From an uncultured Gammaproteobacteria bacterium (GTDB lineage: Bacteria; Pseudomonadota; Gammaproteobacteria; UBA9214), in contig CAVVHS010000007.1 in assembly GCA_963748215.1 (NCBI GenBank), forward strand, positions 128,001 to 192,000: a DNA stretch of 64,000 bases, written 5' to 3'. This document shows, piece by piece, positions 24,906 to 34,213 of the stretch (the stretch's first letter is position 1; every line of letters begins with the position of its first letter). Below the pieces are notes generated by a model. That model worked only from the letters and a program-made list of their open reading frames with translations. It did no database searches and had not been told where the DNA came from. A program made the translations under genes and the position numbers.

Positions 24906-24980
24906 TGGCGCTCCCTAGGGGATTCGAACCCCTGTTACCGGCGTGAGAGGCCAGTGTCCTAACCACTAGACGAAGGGAGC
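24906..24980 (-). tRNA. tRNA-Glu (anticodon CTC)
   Basis: Minus strand gctcccttcgtctagtggttaggacactggcctCTCacgccggtaacaggggttcgaatcccctagggagcgcca; cloverleaf with encoded CCA. Confidence 0.93.
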
Positions 24981-25046
24981 ATTTAGCCCATGGGCTGGAA
25001 AGCAGTGGTATTATACGCAGACACTTTTTATCCACAAGCAACAACA

Positions 25047-26370
25047 GTGAGCGACGCAGGTCCAATTCCCAGTCACAGCGAACCCAACATTATTACCCGG
25101 TCAGCGCACTCCGTTTCCCGGGCCAATATCAGCCAGAATGCGCTGAAAGTGTTGTACCGCTTGAAAGAATCCGGCTACCAGGGACACCTGGTGGGCGGCG
25201 GTGTGCGTGACCTGCTGCTCGGCCGGGAACCCAAGGACTTCGATATCGCCACCGATGCGACCCCCGAGGACGTGCGTCGCCTGTTTCGCAATTGCCGCCT
25301 GATCGGCCGTCGTTTCCGGCTGGCGCATGTCATGTACGGGCGTGAAATCATCGAGGTCGCCACCTTCCGCGCCATGCAGGATATGGACAGCGACGATGAC
25401 GGCCATCACGTCGACGGTGAAGGCCGTATCGTGCGCGACAATGTCTACGGCACCATCGAGGAAGACGCGCTGCGCCGCGACTTCACCGTCAACGCCCTTT
25501 ACTACAACATCGCGGATTTCTCGATCATCGACTACGCCGGCGGCATGGCGGACATCGAGTCCGGCGTGCTGCGCCTGATGGGCGATCCCGAGGTGCGCTA
25601 CCGCGAGGACCCGGTGCGCATGCTGCGCGCCGTGCGCTTCGCCACCAAGCTGGGCTTCCGGCTCGACCCCGCGACCGAGGCGCCCGTCAGGACGCTGGCA
25701 CCGCTGCTGGGCGATATCCCGCCGGCACGCCTGTTCGAGGAAATACTCAAACTGTTCCTCAGTGGCTACGCGCTGGCGAATTTCGAAATGCTGCGCCATT
25801 ACTACCTGTTCGGCCAGCTGTTTCCGCAGACCGAGGAAGCGCTGACGCACGAGGAAAACAGCTTTCCGCTGACCCTGATCAGCCACGGCATGAGCAATAC
25901 CGATGCGCGCATCGAGGCCGACAAGCCGGTCACGCCGGCCTTCCTGCTCGCCGTGCTGCTATGGGAGCCGGTGCGCTTGCGCGCCGCAACACTCGAGGCA
26001 GGAGGGCAGCACCCCGCGCTGGCCCTGCAGCATGCCGGTTCGCAGATCATCGAGGAGCAGGCCCGGGTGATGGCCATGCCGCGCCGCTTCTCGCTGCCCA
26101 TGCGCGAGATCTGGATGTTGCAGTTGCGCCTGCAGCAGAAAGGTGGTCGCCGCAGCCAGCGGGTGCTGGAACACCCCCGCTTCCGGGCCGCGTACGATTT
26201 CCTCTTGCTGCGCGGCGCGGCCGGCGAGGTGGAGCAGGATATCTGTGACTGGTGGACCGAGTACCAGCAGCTGCAACCGGAACAGCGCGCCCGGGCCGAA
26301 CCCGTCAAGCGTGAAGCGGCGGCGCGGCGGTCGCGGTCGCCGCAAGCCGGCGCAGGAACCCGCGTCATGA
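25047..26370 (+). CDS. pcnB: Poly(A) polymerase I, with apparent +1 indel near 26313 creating an in-frame fusion to folK
   Basis: VGGGVRDLLLG..PKDFD, GRRFRLAHV, RRDFT, EDPVRMLRA; Arg-rich tail lies in the +1 frame, ending at TGA 26370; start uncertain. Confidence 0.9.
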
Positions 26371-26858
26371 CGGTTCGCGCCTACATCGGCATCGGCAGTA
26401 ACCTGGACGACCCGGTGGCGCAGGTGAAAGAGGCGCTCGAGGAGCTGGCGGTGTTGCCGGACACCCTGCTGGCCGCGCGCTCCAGCCTGTACAGCAGCAA
26501 GCCCATGGGCCCGGCGGAACAACCCGATTACGTCAATGCCGTGGCGGCGCTGGACACCCTGCTGTCCGCCCCGGAGCTGCTGGCGGCCCTGCAGCGTATC
26601 GAGAACCTGCAGGGTCGGGACCGGACCGGGGAGCAATGGGGGCCGCGCATTCTTGATCTGGACCTGCTGCTGTACGGCAAGCAGGTGATCGATAGCGACA
26701 CGCTCAAGGTGCCGCACCCGGGCCTGCATGAGCGCGACTTTGTTATCATCCCGCTGGCAGAAGTCGCCGGCAACCTGAACATCCCGGGCAAGGGCTTGCT
26801 TGGCACCCTCATCAAAAACGTCGAAACGCATTCGCTCAGGAAGCTGGTCACCGGTTGA
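26367..26858 (+). CDS. folK: 2-amino-4-hydroxy-6-hydroxymethyldihydropteridine pyrophosphokinase
   Basis: AYIGIGSNL, QPDYVNAV, WGPRILDLDLL, VPHP. Confidence 0.95.
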   Translation: MTVRAYIGIGSNLDDPVAQVKEALEELAVLPDTLLAARSSLYSSKPMGPAEQPDYVNAVAALDTLLSAPELLAALQRIENLQGRDRTGEQWGPRILDLDLLLYGKQVIDSDTLKVPHPGLHERDFVIIPLAEVAGNLNIPGKGLLGTLIKNVETHSLRKLVTG

Positions 26859-27508
26859 TGGGCTTGCTGCATCCCGGGTATATCGTTGTCGAGGGTCCGA
26901 TCGGTGTCGGCAAGACCAGTCTCGCACAACGTCTTGCGCAGAGTTTCGAGAGCGACCTGCTGCTCGAGGGCGCGGAAGAAAATCCGTTCCTGGAACGTTT
27001 CTACGAAGACCCGCGTACGGGTGCGCTGCCGACACAGCTGTTCTTCCTGTTTCAGCGCGCCCGACAGATGGCGAACATGCGCCAGGCCGACATGTTCCAG
27101 CCGGTGCGGGTATCCGACTTCATGATAGAGAAGGACCGCCTGTTCGCCGAGTTGACCCTGGATGCCGAGGAGCTGAAGCTATACGAGCAGGTGTACCGGC
27201 ACGTCACCGTCGATGCGCCGGTGCCGGACCTGGTGATCTACCTGCAGGCGCCGGTCGACGTGCTGCTGAAGCGTATCGCCCGGCGCGGCATCCGCTACGA
27301 GCGCAGGATCGATGCCAGCTACCTGCGCCGGCTGTCCGAGGCCTATGCACGCATGTTCCTGCACTACGATGCGGCGCCGCTGCTGATCGTGAATGCGGCG
27401 CACATCAACCTGGTCGACAGCGAGGCGGACTATCAGGCGCTGCTGGAGCAGATCCACGCCACCGGCAAGGGCACGCAGTATTTCAATCCCATGTCGGCGG
27501 CGATCTAG
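26858..27508 (+). CDS. Deoxynucleoside kinase family protein
   Basis: VEGPIGVGKTS, NPFLERFY, RIARRG; usual folK-panB context. Confidence 0.92.
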   Translation: MGLLHPGYIVVEGPIGVGKTSLAQRLAQSFESDLLLEGAEENPFLERFYEDPRTGALPTQLFFLFQRARQMANMRQADMFQPVRVSDFMIEKDRLFAELTLDAEELKLYEQVYRHVTVDAPVPDLVIYLQAPVDVLLKRIARRGIRYERRIDASYLRRLSEAYARMFLHYDAAPLLIVNAAHINLVDSEADYQALLEQIHATGKGTQYFNPMSAAI

Positions 27509-27540
27509 ACCGGGCCCTGAATTCATGCCAGCTGAATAAT

Positions 27541-27570
27541 GGCCACGGAATCACACGGAAGAACACGGAA
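27541..27570 (+). repeat. CACGGAA-type short repeat (family recurring across the window)
   Basis: ggccacggaatcacacggaagaacacggaa; related copies near 46503, 48432 (minus), 53236-53880 and 56604. Confidence 0.7.
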
Positions 27571-27647
27571 TAACGAGGTATGCCAGCATTCGGATACTTG
27601 CGGCTGATGCCGTGTAATGCAGGGGTTTCTCCAGGCCGGTTAATGGT

Positions 27648-28458
27648 ATGACGGATACAATTGCCGAATGCATCACGCTCGGGGATTTGCATGCCATGAC
27701 GGCGCGCGGCGAGAAGATCGCCAGTCTGACCTGCTACGATGCCGGCTTTACGCGATTGCTGGAGGCGGCCGGCGTGGAGGTGTTCATTATCGGTGATTCG
27801 CTGGGCATGGTGCTCATGGGCCATGATTCGACCGTACCGGTGACCATGCGGGACATGGTTTACCACGCGGCGAACGTGGCACGCGTCGGACAGCATGCGT
27901 TCCGGGTGGTGGACCTGCCTTACCGAAGCTATACCGATGCCACGCAGGCCCTGCACAACGCACGCCGCCTGGTTGACGAAGGCGGGGCGCACATGGTCAA
28001 GCTCGAGGGTGGCAGCGACAAGGCGGGCATCGTGGCGCAACTGGTCGAGGCGGGTATCCCGGTGTGCGGGCATATCGGCCTGTTGCCGCAGTCGGTCGAA
28101 CAATTCGGTGGCTACAAGGTGCAGGGCAGGGACGCGGATTCGGCCGCGTCCCTGCGCGCGGATGCGCAGGCACTCGAGGCGGCCGGTGCGGGTCTGCTGG
28201 TGATGGAGTGCATGCCGGCGGCACTGGCGGCCGATATCACGCAGTCCGTCGCGCATCCCCACCATTGGCATCGGCGCCGGTCCCGGCTGCGACGGGCAGG
28301 TGCTGGTGCTGTACGACATGCTCGGCATCACCCAGGGCAGGCTGCCGCGCTTCGTACACGATTTCCTCGGCACAGCTGGCAGCATCGACGGGGCGGTGCG
28401 CGCCTACGTCGCTGCCGTGAAGACAGGCGCCTACCCGGCACCGGAGCACTGCTACTGA
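27648..28458 (+). pseudogene. panB: 3-methyl-2-oxobutanoate hydroxymethyltransferase with +1 frameshift at about 28251 (possibly a sequencing error)
   Basis: IGDSLGM, VKLEGG, CGHIGL; conserved [21 protein letters not shown] continues in the shifted frame to TGA 28458. Confidence 0.85.
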
Positions 28459-28462
28459 GGTC

Positions 28463-29317
28463 ATGATGGAGACCGCCCGCAACACAGCGGCTTTGCGTGC
28501 CCGGATCGGGGCCTGGCGTCGCGCCGGCGAGCAGATTGCCTTCGTGCCGACCATGGGCAATCTGCATGCCGGCCATCTGGCGCTGGTGCGGTATGCCCGA
28601 AGCTGTGCCGACCGCGTCGTGGTGAGCGTGTTCGTCAACCCGATGCAATTCGGGCCCCGGGAAGACCTCGCCAGCTATCCCGTGACGCTGGCCGCGGACC
28701 GGGCGGCGCTCGAGCAGGCCAACGCCGACCTCCTTTACCTGCCCGGGATGGGGGACATTTACCCGGAAGGAGTGGAGCGCACCACGCGTGTCGTGGTGCC
28801 GGGGCTGAACGCCATGCTGGAAGGGGAGCACCGGCCCACGCACTTCGACGGCGTCAGCACGGTGGTCGCGAAGCTGTTCAACCAGGTGGCGCCGGACAGC
28901 GCCGTGTTCGGCGAAAAGGACTTTCAGCAGCTGCTGCTTATCCGGCGCATGGTCGCCGACCTGTGCATGCCGATCCGGATCGACAGCGTGGCCACGGTGC
29001 GCGAGCCGGACGGGCTGGCGCTGAGTTCGCGCAACAGCTACCTCGACCCCGCCGCCCGCGGGCTTGCCCCGCAGCTCTACCAGACCCTGCTCGACGTACG
29101 GGGCGTCGTCGAGGGCGGGGAGCGCGATTTCGCCGGCCTGGAGCAGGCCACCCTGGCGCAGCTCGTGAAGGCAGGATTCGATCCCGACTATGTCAGCATC
29201 CGGCGTGCGGCGGACCTGGCCAGGCCGATGGCCGGCGATGAGTCGCTGATCGTGCTGGCCGCCGCCACTGTCGGTCGAGCGCGCCTGATTGACAATGTCA
29301 CGATATCAGTTAGTTAG
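28463..29317 (+). CDS. panC: Pantoate--beta-alanine ligase
   Basis: FVPTMGNLHAGH, FGEKDFQQ, LSSRN, RLIDN. Confidence 0.97.
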   Translation: MMETARNTAALRARIGAWRRAGEQIAFVPTMGNLHAGHLALVRYARSCADRVVVSVFVNPMQFGPREDLASYPVTLAADRAALEQANADLLYLPGMGDIYPEGVERTTRVVVPGLNAMLEGEHRPTHFDGVSTVVAKLFNQVAPDSAVFGEKDFQQLLLIRRMVADLCMPIRIDSVATVREPDGLALSSRNSYLDPAARGLAPQLYQTLLDVRGVVEGGERDFAGLEQATLAQLVKAGFDPDYVSIRRAADLARPMAGDESLIVLAAATVGRARLIDNVTISVS

Positions 29318-29420
29318 GATGTCTATCTCAGGTTGAAACTATCCATTATTGTTGCAGTCTTATGAATGAGGCAGCATAATCACGCCGTTTAACGGACGCA
29401 GACAGGATGTAATCAAGCCC

Positions 29421-29801
29421 ATGCAGATCACCTTGCTGAAATCCAAGCTCCACCATGCCAACGTTACCCATGCGGAACTCGAGTACGAGGGTTCCTGCGC
29501 TATTGACGGCGCGCTGCTCGAGGCGGCCGATATCCGCGAGTATGAGCAAATCCAGATCTACAACCTGAACAACGGCAAGCGTTTCACCACCTATGCCATC
29601 CGTGCCGAGGACCACTCCGGCATCATCTCGATCAACGGTGCCGCGGCACACAAGGCGAGTCCGGGCGACCGCATCATCATCTGTACCTATGCCAGCCTGT
29701 CACAGCAGGAGGCCGCGGTGTTCAGGCCCACGCTGGTCTACCTCGACGCCGACAACCGCATCAAGGACCGGCGTAGCGCCATCCCGGTCCAGGTGGCCTG
29801 A
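29421..29801 (+). CDS. panD: Aspartate 1-decarboxylase
   Basis: KSKLH, YEGS cleavage site, RFTTY, NGAAAH. Confidence 0.97.
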   Translation: MQITLLKSKLHHANVTHAELEYEGSCAIDGALLEAADIREYEQIQIYNLNNGKRFTTYAIRAEDHSGIISINGAAAHKASPGDRIIICTYASLSQQEAAVFRPTLVYLDADNRIKDRRSAIPVQVA

Positions 29802-29927
29802 GCGCCGGAGCGATTGCCTGGATTATTATCGACTTGCGCCCGGTTTATGAGCGGGCGTATTCATTGGTGCCGACGGCAATGCGGGTGGCTGAACCTTCCT
29901 CCCTTATCACGGCCTAACCTCGCTGTC

Positions 29928-30800
29928 ATGTATACGTTCCGGAACAGCCTGCTTTGCATCACGCTCCTAATGGGCCTGCCGGCCGCGGCCGGTGCGGGCG
30001 AGGTAATCGAGAATTTCCTGGCCATGCGCTTCGTGCGCGTACCCGCCGGCGAGTTCGTCATGGGAACGGAAAATATCGAGGCGGCGCGACGGGAAGTGCC
30101 TGAACCCGACGCGGACACCGCGCGTGACGAAGCACCCGCCCATCGCGTTGTCATCAGCCAGCCGTTTTTGCTCGGCGAGACCGAGGTGACACAGGGTGTC
30201 TGGCTGCGGGTGATGGAAAACCGGCCCGGCCCTGCGGCACTCTGGTCGCGCCCCGACTGGGCGCAACTGCCGGTATCGGCGGCCTCCTGGTACATGGCCG
30301 CGCGCTTCGTCGAAGAGCTCAATATGCTGGACTCCGATTACCGCTATCGCCTGCCAAGCGAGGCGGAGTGGGAGTATGCCGCACGTGCCGGGAATCCCGG
30401 GTTGCGCCCGGTGCCGCTCGACGAGCTGGAGGAGAACGCATGGTTTATCAATAACTCGGGAGATATACCTCAGCCGGTTGCAACGCGGCGACCGAATGCC
30501 TTTGGTCTCTACGACATGCTGGGCAACGTGTGGGAGTGGGTGGCTGACTGGTATGCGCCCGATGGCTATGCAGCGTCAGAGACAACGGATCCTGCCGGCC
30601 CGGGCGAAGGGCTCGCGAAGGTACGCCGCGGTGGCTCCTATCACTGCCCGTCACACCTGGTGCGGCCTGCCTACCGGTCGGCCAATACCCCGGACACGGC
30701 CTGGACGGTGCTGGGCTTCCGGGTGGTGGCCGAGCCACGCCGGTTGACCTCGAAAAATTATCACCGCCCGGTGTCACCCTTTCTGGTCCCGCCGCGTTAG
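29928..30800 (+). CDS. FGE-sulfatase (SUMF1/EgtB/PvdO) domain protein with signal peptide
   Basis: RLPSEAEWEYAAR, PNAFGLYDMLGNVWEW, RGGS, GFR. Confidence 0.9.
   Translation: MYTFRNSLLCITLLMGLPAAAGAGEVIENFLAMRFVRVPAGEFVMGTENIEAARREVPEPDADTARDEAPAHRVVISQPFLLGETEVTQGVWLRVMENRPGPAALWSRPDWAQLPVSAASWYMAARFVEELNMLDSDYRYRLPSEAEWEYAARAGNPGLRPVPLDELEENAWFINNSGDIPQPVATRRPNAFGLYDMLGNVWEWVADWYAPDGYAASETTDPAGPGEGLAKVRRGGSYHCPSHLVRPAYRSANTPDTAWTVLGFRVVAEPRRLTSKNYHRPVSPFLVPPR
30772..30800 (+). promoter_or_regulatory. Putative ECF-sigma promoter, copy 1 (TGTCACC-N16-CGTTAG)
   Basis: Boxes identical upstream of all three paralogs while the spacer diverges. Confidence 0.55.
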
Positions 30801-30835
30801 CAAACACCAGGTAACCCACACAAAAGGACATCGCT

Positions 30836-31183
30836 ATGAATATCGTACCCCGTTCCCTGCTGGCTGCTGTTGTTGCGCTTTCCCTGGCCATGCCCGGCAT
30901 GGCTTCAGCCGACCGCCGCGGTGATGGTTACCGCGATCATGGCGACCGGCATGGCTACCGGCACAATCAAGGCTACAAGAAACAGTATCAAGGCCGGCAT
31001 CATGACCGCCGGGGGTATTACCGCGACAGGCACCCTAACTATCGTGGTTATCGCGACCGGCACGTAACCCGCTATTACTCATATGATGACGATAACGACG
31101 ATCTGCTGCTCGGCCTGGCGATTGGCGGCCTGCTGGGTTATGCGATACCCCGGTACCCCAATTACTATTACTACGACCGCTAG
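30836..31183 (+). CDS. Secreted Arg/His/Tyr/Gly-rich low-complexity protein, paralog 1
   Basis: Signal peptide ...GMASA, DRRGDGYRDHG repeats, GxxxG zipper LLGLAIGGLLG; SD aaagga. Confidence 0.85.
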   Translation: MNIVPRSLLAAVVALSLAMPGMASADRRGDGYRDHGDRHGYRHNQGYKKQYQGRHHDRRGYYRDRHPNYRGYRDRHVTRYYSYDDDNDDLLLGLAIGGLLGYAIPRYPNYYYYDR

Positions 31184-31197
31184 TGATTTTCAGTCGG

Positions 31198-31226
31198 TGT
31201 CACCCTTTCTGATCCCTGCGCGTTAG
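31198..31226 (+). promoter_or_regulatory. Putative ECF-sigma promoter, copy 2
   Basis: tgtcaccctttctgatccctgcgcgttag. Confidence 0.55.
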
Positions 31227-31259
31227 CCGGTACCAGGTAACCAAAAAAAGGACATTGCC

Positions 31260-31586
31260 ATGAACACGAAACCCCGTTCCCTGCTGGCTGCTGTAGTTGC
31301 GCTTTCACTGGCCGTACCCGGCCTGGCCTCCGCCGACCGCCGCGGTGATGGTTACCGCGACCACGGTGACCGGCATGGGTACCGGCACGATCAAGGCTAC
31401 AAGAAACAGTATCGAGGCCGGCATCATGACCGCCGGGGGTATTACCGAGACCGCTATGTCACCCGCTACTACCAGCAGGATGACGATAACGACGATCTGC
31501 TGCTCGGCCTGGTGGTCGGCGGCGTGCTGGGTTACGCCATCAATGGTGCCCAGTACAACAATCGATACAACTACTACGGCCGGTAA
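31260..31586 (+). CDS. Secreted low-complexity protein, paralog 2
   Basis: N-terminus nearly identical to paralogs 1 and 3; glycine zipper. Confidence 0.85.
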   Translation: MNTKPRSLLAAVVALSLAVPGLASADRRGDGYRDHGDRHGYRHDQGYKKQYRGRHHDRRGYYRDRYVTRYYQQDDDNDDLLLGLVVGGVLGYAINGAQYNNRYNYYGR

Positions 31587-31600
31587 CGATACCCGCCCGA

Positions 31601-31629
31601 TGTCACCCTTTACAGTGCCATCGCGTTAG
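31601..31629 (+). promoter_or_regulatory. Putative ECF-sigma promoter, copy 3
   Basis: tgtcaccctttacagtgccatcgcgttag. Confidence 0.55.
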
Positions 31630-31663
31630 TTATCACCAGGTAATCACAAAAAAGGACATCGCT

Positions 31664-32209
31664 ATGAACATCAAACCCCGTTCCCTGCTGGCTGCTGTAG
31701 TTGCGCTTTCCCTGGCCGTGCCCGGCATGGCCTCCGCCGACCGCCGCGGTGATGGCTACCGCGATCAGGGTGACCGGCACGGTTACAAACAGAGTCACGG
31801 CTATAAAAAACAGTATCGTGACCGCCACTACGATCGCCATGACCGTGGTGGCCGGCATTACGATCGCCATGAGTATCGCGATCGCCATATCACCCACTAC
31901 TACAAGCAGGATGATGATGACGGTGAGAAGCTGCTGATTGGACTGCTGGTCGGCGGCGTGCTGGGCTACGCCATCAACGGTGCCCAGCACAGCAGCAGCT
32001 ACGTTGACTCCGATCGCTATGCACCGCGTGCGCAGCCCGAGGCCTACCCGGCGGACAGTTACGCGTACAGCGACAGCACCTGCCTGCAGGAACGCGAGTA
32101 CCAGACGACGGTGGTGGTCGGTGGCAAGAACGTCCCGGCCTACGGCACCGCCTGCCTGCAGCCGGACGGCTCCTGGAAGCGCGATCGCGCGCAGCTGGTT
32201 TCCTACTAG
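31664..32209 (+). CDS. Secreted protein, paralog 3, with C-terminal 17-kDa surface-antigen-like domain
   Basis: Same N-terminus plus C..EREYQTTVVVGG...AYGTACLQPDGSW. Confidence 0.85.
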   Translation: MNIKPRSLLAAVVALSLAVPGMASADRRGDGYRDQGDRHGYKQSHGYKKQYRDRHYDRHDRGGRHYDRHEYRDRHITHYYKQDDDDGEKLLIGLLVGGVLGYAINGAQHSSSYVDSDRYAPRAQPEAYPADSYAYSDSTCLQEREYQTTVVVGGKNVPAYGTACLQPDGSWKRDRAQLVSY

Positions 32210-32233
32210 AGACGGCGTTTGCCTGGTCCCCGA

Positions 32234-32268
32234 GCCTTCCGCAGCACACCGGTGCGGGAGGCTTTTTT
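32234..32268 (+). terminator. Rho-independent terminator
   Basis: gccttccgca / tgcgggaggc stem followed by tttttt. Confidence 0.75.
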
Positions 32269-32367
32269 ACAGATTGTTCGGGTTCCCGGCCGCCCGCCGC
32301 GCCGTTGCCGGCCGTGCTGTCCTGTCAGGGGGGTAACTGCAGGCACCATTGTTCTACAATCCAGACT

Positions 32368-32931
32368 GTGAAAAACGCAACGCCCACAATCTTGCTCATG
32401 ATCCTGGCGCTGGCGGCGCCGGTTCGTGCCGGGGATGTCGTGCACGAGGTCAACCCGGCGTCGGGCCTGTCAACCTGGCGTATGGAGGATGCGGCCTTCA
32501 GTATCGAGCTGATCCAGCTGCTGCCGGATTTCGTCCGTGCCGTGTTTGCCTCCAAGGGGCTGCCGCAGGAGGTGATCGATGCCGTGAGCAGCTACTGTGC
32601 GTTCGGTACCATCGTGCGCAACCGGTCCGCGGCCCCGCTGTCCTACAATGTCGCGGACTGGCGCTACCTGACGGCCGATGGTGTGGCGCATACCGGCAAG
32701 ACCAAGGCCGCGTGGGTGAGCGAATGGCGCGATAGGGGGATTGCGTTCCGCTGGACGCTGCTACCGGAGGCACAGACCTTCCAGGTCGGTGACTGGGGTC
32801 AGGGCTTCACCACGGTCGGGCTGCCGCCCGGCACCCGTTTCGATCTGCACTTTGGCTGGAGCCAGCACGGCAAGGCCATTCATCGCATCATAAAGGACAT
32901 GCAGTGTGCGCCTGAAGATATTGAAAAATAG
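32368..32931 (+). CDS. Hypothetical exported protein
   Basis: Signal-like N-terminus (..APVRA), host-like codon usage, overlaps the next gene; start uncertain. Confidence 0.7.
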   Translation: MKNATPTILLMILALAAPVRAGDVVHEVNPASGLSTWRMEDAAFSIELIQLLPDFVRAVFASKGLPQEVIDAVSSYCAFGTIVRNRSAAPLSYNVADWRYLTADGVAHTGKTKAAWVSEWRDRGIAFRWTLLPEAQTFQVGDWGQGFTTVGLPPGTRFDLHFGWSQHGKAIHRIIKDMQCAPEDIEK

Positions 32932-33454
32932 GTTTATATTATTGATAACCGTGCTGTTGCCGGGCGCTTTGCCGCTTGCACAGGAGGCGGTCCCGGAACT
33001 GAGTTACCAGCTGACGCGGCTGGAAGTACCGCTTGTGGCGCCCGGATTTGCGCTCACCGATATGGATGGCAAGACTCACCGCCTGGAGGACTACCGCGGT
33101 AACTGGGTGCTGATCAACTTCTGGGCGACCTGGTGTCCGCCCTGCCGCAAGGAGATGCCGTCGCTGGAACAGCTCTACCAGGCGTATCACGACCGGTCGT
33201 TCCGGGTGCTGGCGGTGAACCAGTGGGAGGACGTCGACCACGTGTTTTCCTACATGGGCGAGCTGAATGTGTTTCCGAGCTTTCCGATCCTGTTCGACCC
33301 GGAGAGCAAGATATCGGAAGCCTACGGGGTACGCGGCCTGCCGACCTCGTTCATCATCGATCCGCAGGGTCGCATCGCTTATCGGGCGGTCGGCGGGCGG
33401 GAATTCGATCACCCGGAGGTGATCAGGCTGATCGAGGGATTGCTGGCGCCCTAG
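32921..33454 (+). CDS. TlpA/ResA-like thiol-disulfide oxidoreductase
   Basis: NFWATWCPPC, YGVRGLPTSF. Confidence 0.92.
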   Translation: MKNRFILLITVLLPGALPLAQEAVPELSYQLTRLEVPLVAPGFALTDMDGKTHRLEDYRGNWVLINFWATWCPPCRKEMPSLEQLYQAYHDRSFRVLAVNQWEDVDHVFSYMGELNVFPSFPILFDPESKISEAYGVRGLPTSFIIDPQGRIAYRAVGGREFDHPEVIRLIEGLLAP

Positions 33455-33483
33455 CCCGCATTTCTCACCGGGCGGGACGGCAG

Positions 33484-34056
33484 TTATTTGCCGGTGGCGG
33501 GGCCGGTCGCGGGATCCGTGCTTTTCCTTTGCGACGTGTTGCGGATGTCGAAGTGGGTCTTGATCTCGATGCGGCCATCGGCTTCCAGCGTGCCGAAGCG
33601 GTCTCCTTCGGCGCTGACAATGACCACCACCGGATCCTGGAACAGCGGCCGGCGTACGAAATGCAGCTGCCAGCCGAAGTTCTCGATCTGGCGCAACGAG
33701 GTCATCTGCTGCTTGTTGAGGATGTCATCGAGATTCCTCGGTACAGGGGCCAGGCCGTCGCGCTTCTCGGACCAGCTTACTGCGCCGGGGTCAGGAACAT
33801 CGGCTCCGCCGCTGCCGGAACGGACTGCGAATTCGGTGTCGATCCTGATTCTGCCGTCCGGGTCGAGCACGCCGATCTGGTCGTTTTTCGCGTTGCTCAC
33901 CACAGGGATCGGGTCCAGGAACAGCGGGCGGCGCACGAACTTCAGCTGCCAACCCAGTGCAGTGATCTCGTCCAGCGTCTTTGCCTGCGCCGCGGTCAGC
34001 ACCTGTCGCAGGTTCTGGGGAATGGCCTGTTCTCCCTTGCGCTTGTCGTTTTGCAT
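33484..34056 (-). CDS. Hypothetical protein made of a tandemly duplicated ~80-aa domain
   Basis: GWQL[KH]FVRRPLF.DP and G.L..DGRI.I.T.F..R each occur twice. Confidence 0.85.
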   Translation of the reverse strand: MQNDKRKGEQAIPQNLRQVLTAAQAKTLDEITALGWQLKFVRRPLFLDPIPVVSNAKNDQIGVLDPDGRIRIDTEFAVRSGSGGADVPDPGAVSWSEKRDGLAPVPRNLDDILNKQQMTSLRQIENFGWQLHFVRRPLFQDPVVVIVSAEGDRFGTLEADGRIEIKTHFDIRNTSQRKSTDPATGPATGK

Positions 34057-34213
34057 CAGTCGATACCCGTGTTGCCCGGAACGGAAATGGTTGTGAATCC
34101 ATGAGGGTATTCGGCGCCGCCGGCCGATCCCTTGAGCGGAATGTTCCCCGGGCGGCCATTCCAGACGGCCGTCGCGGCCGGCAAGACCCCTGCGCCGCCC
34201 CGGAACAGGGCTA

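Noticed and set aside
24906-24980. tRNA-Glu as an island integration site
   Set aside because: It is flanked by core genes (RDD/lptG and pcnB); no integrase or duplicated tRNA 3' end was seen.
24990-26858. Genuine 622-aa PcnB-FolK bifunctional enzyme
   Set aside because: The normal PcnB tail and stop exist in the +1 frame, so a single indel explains the fusion.
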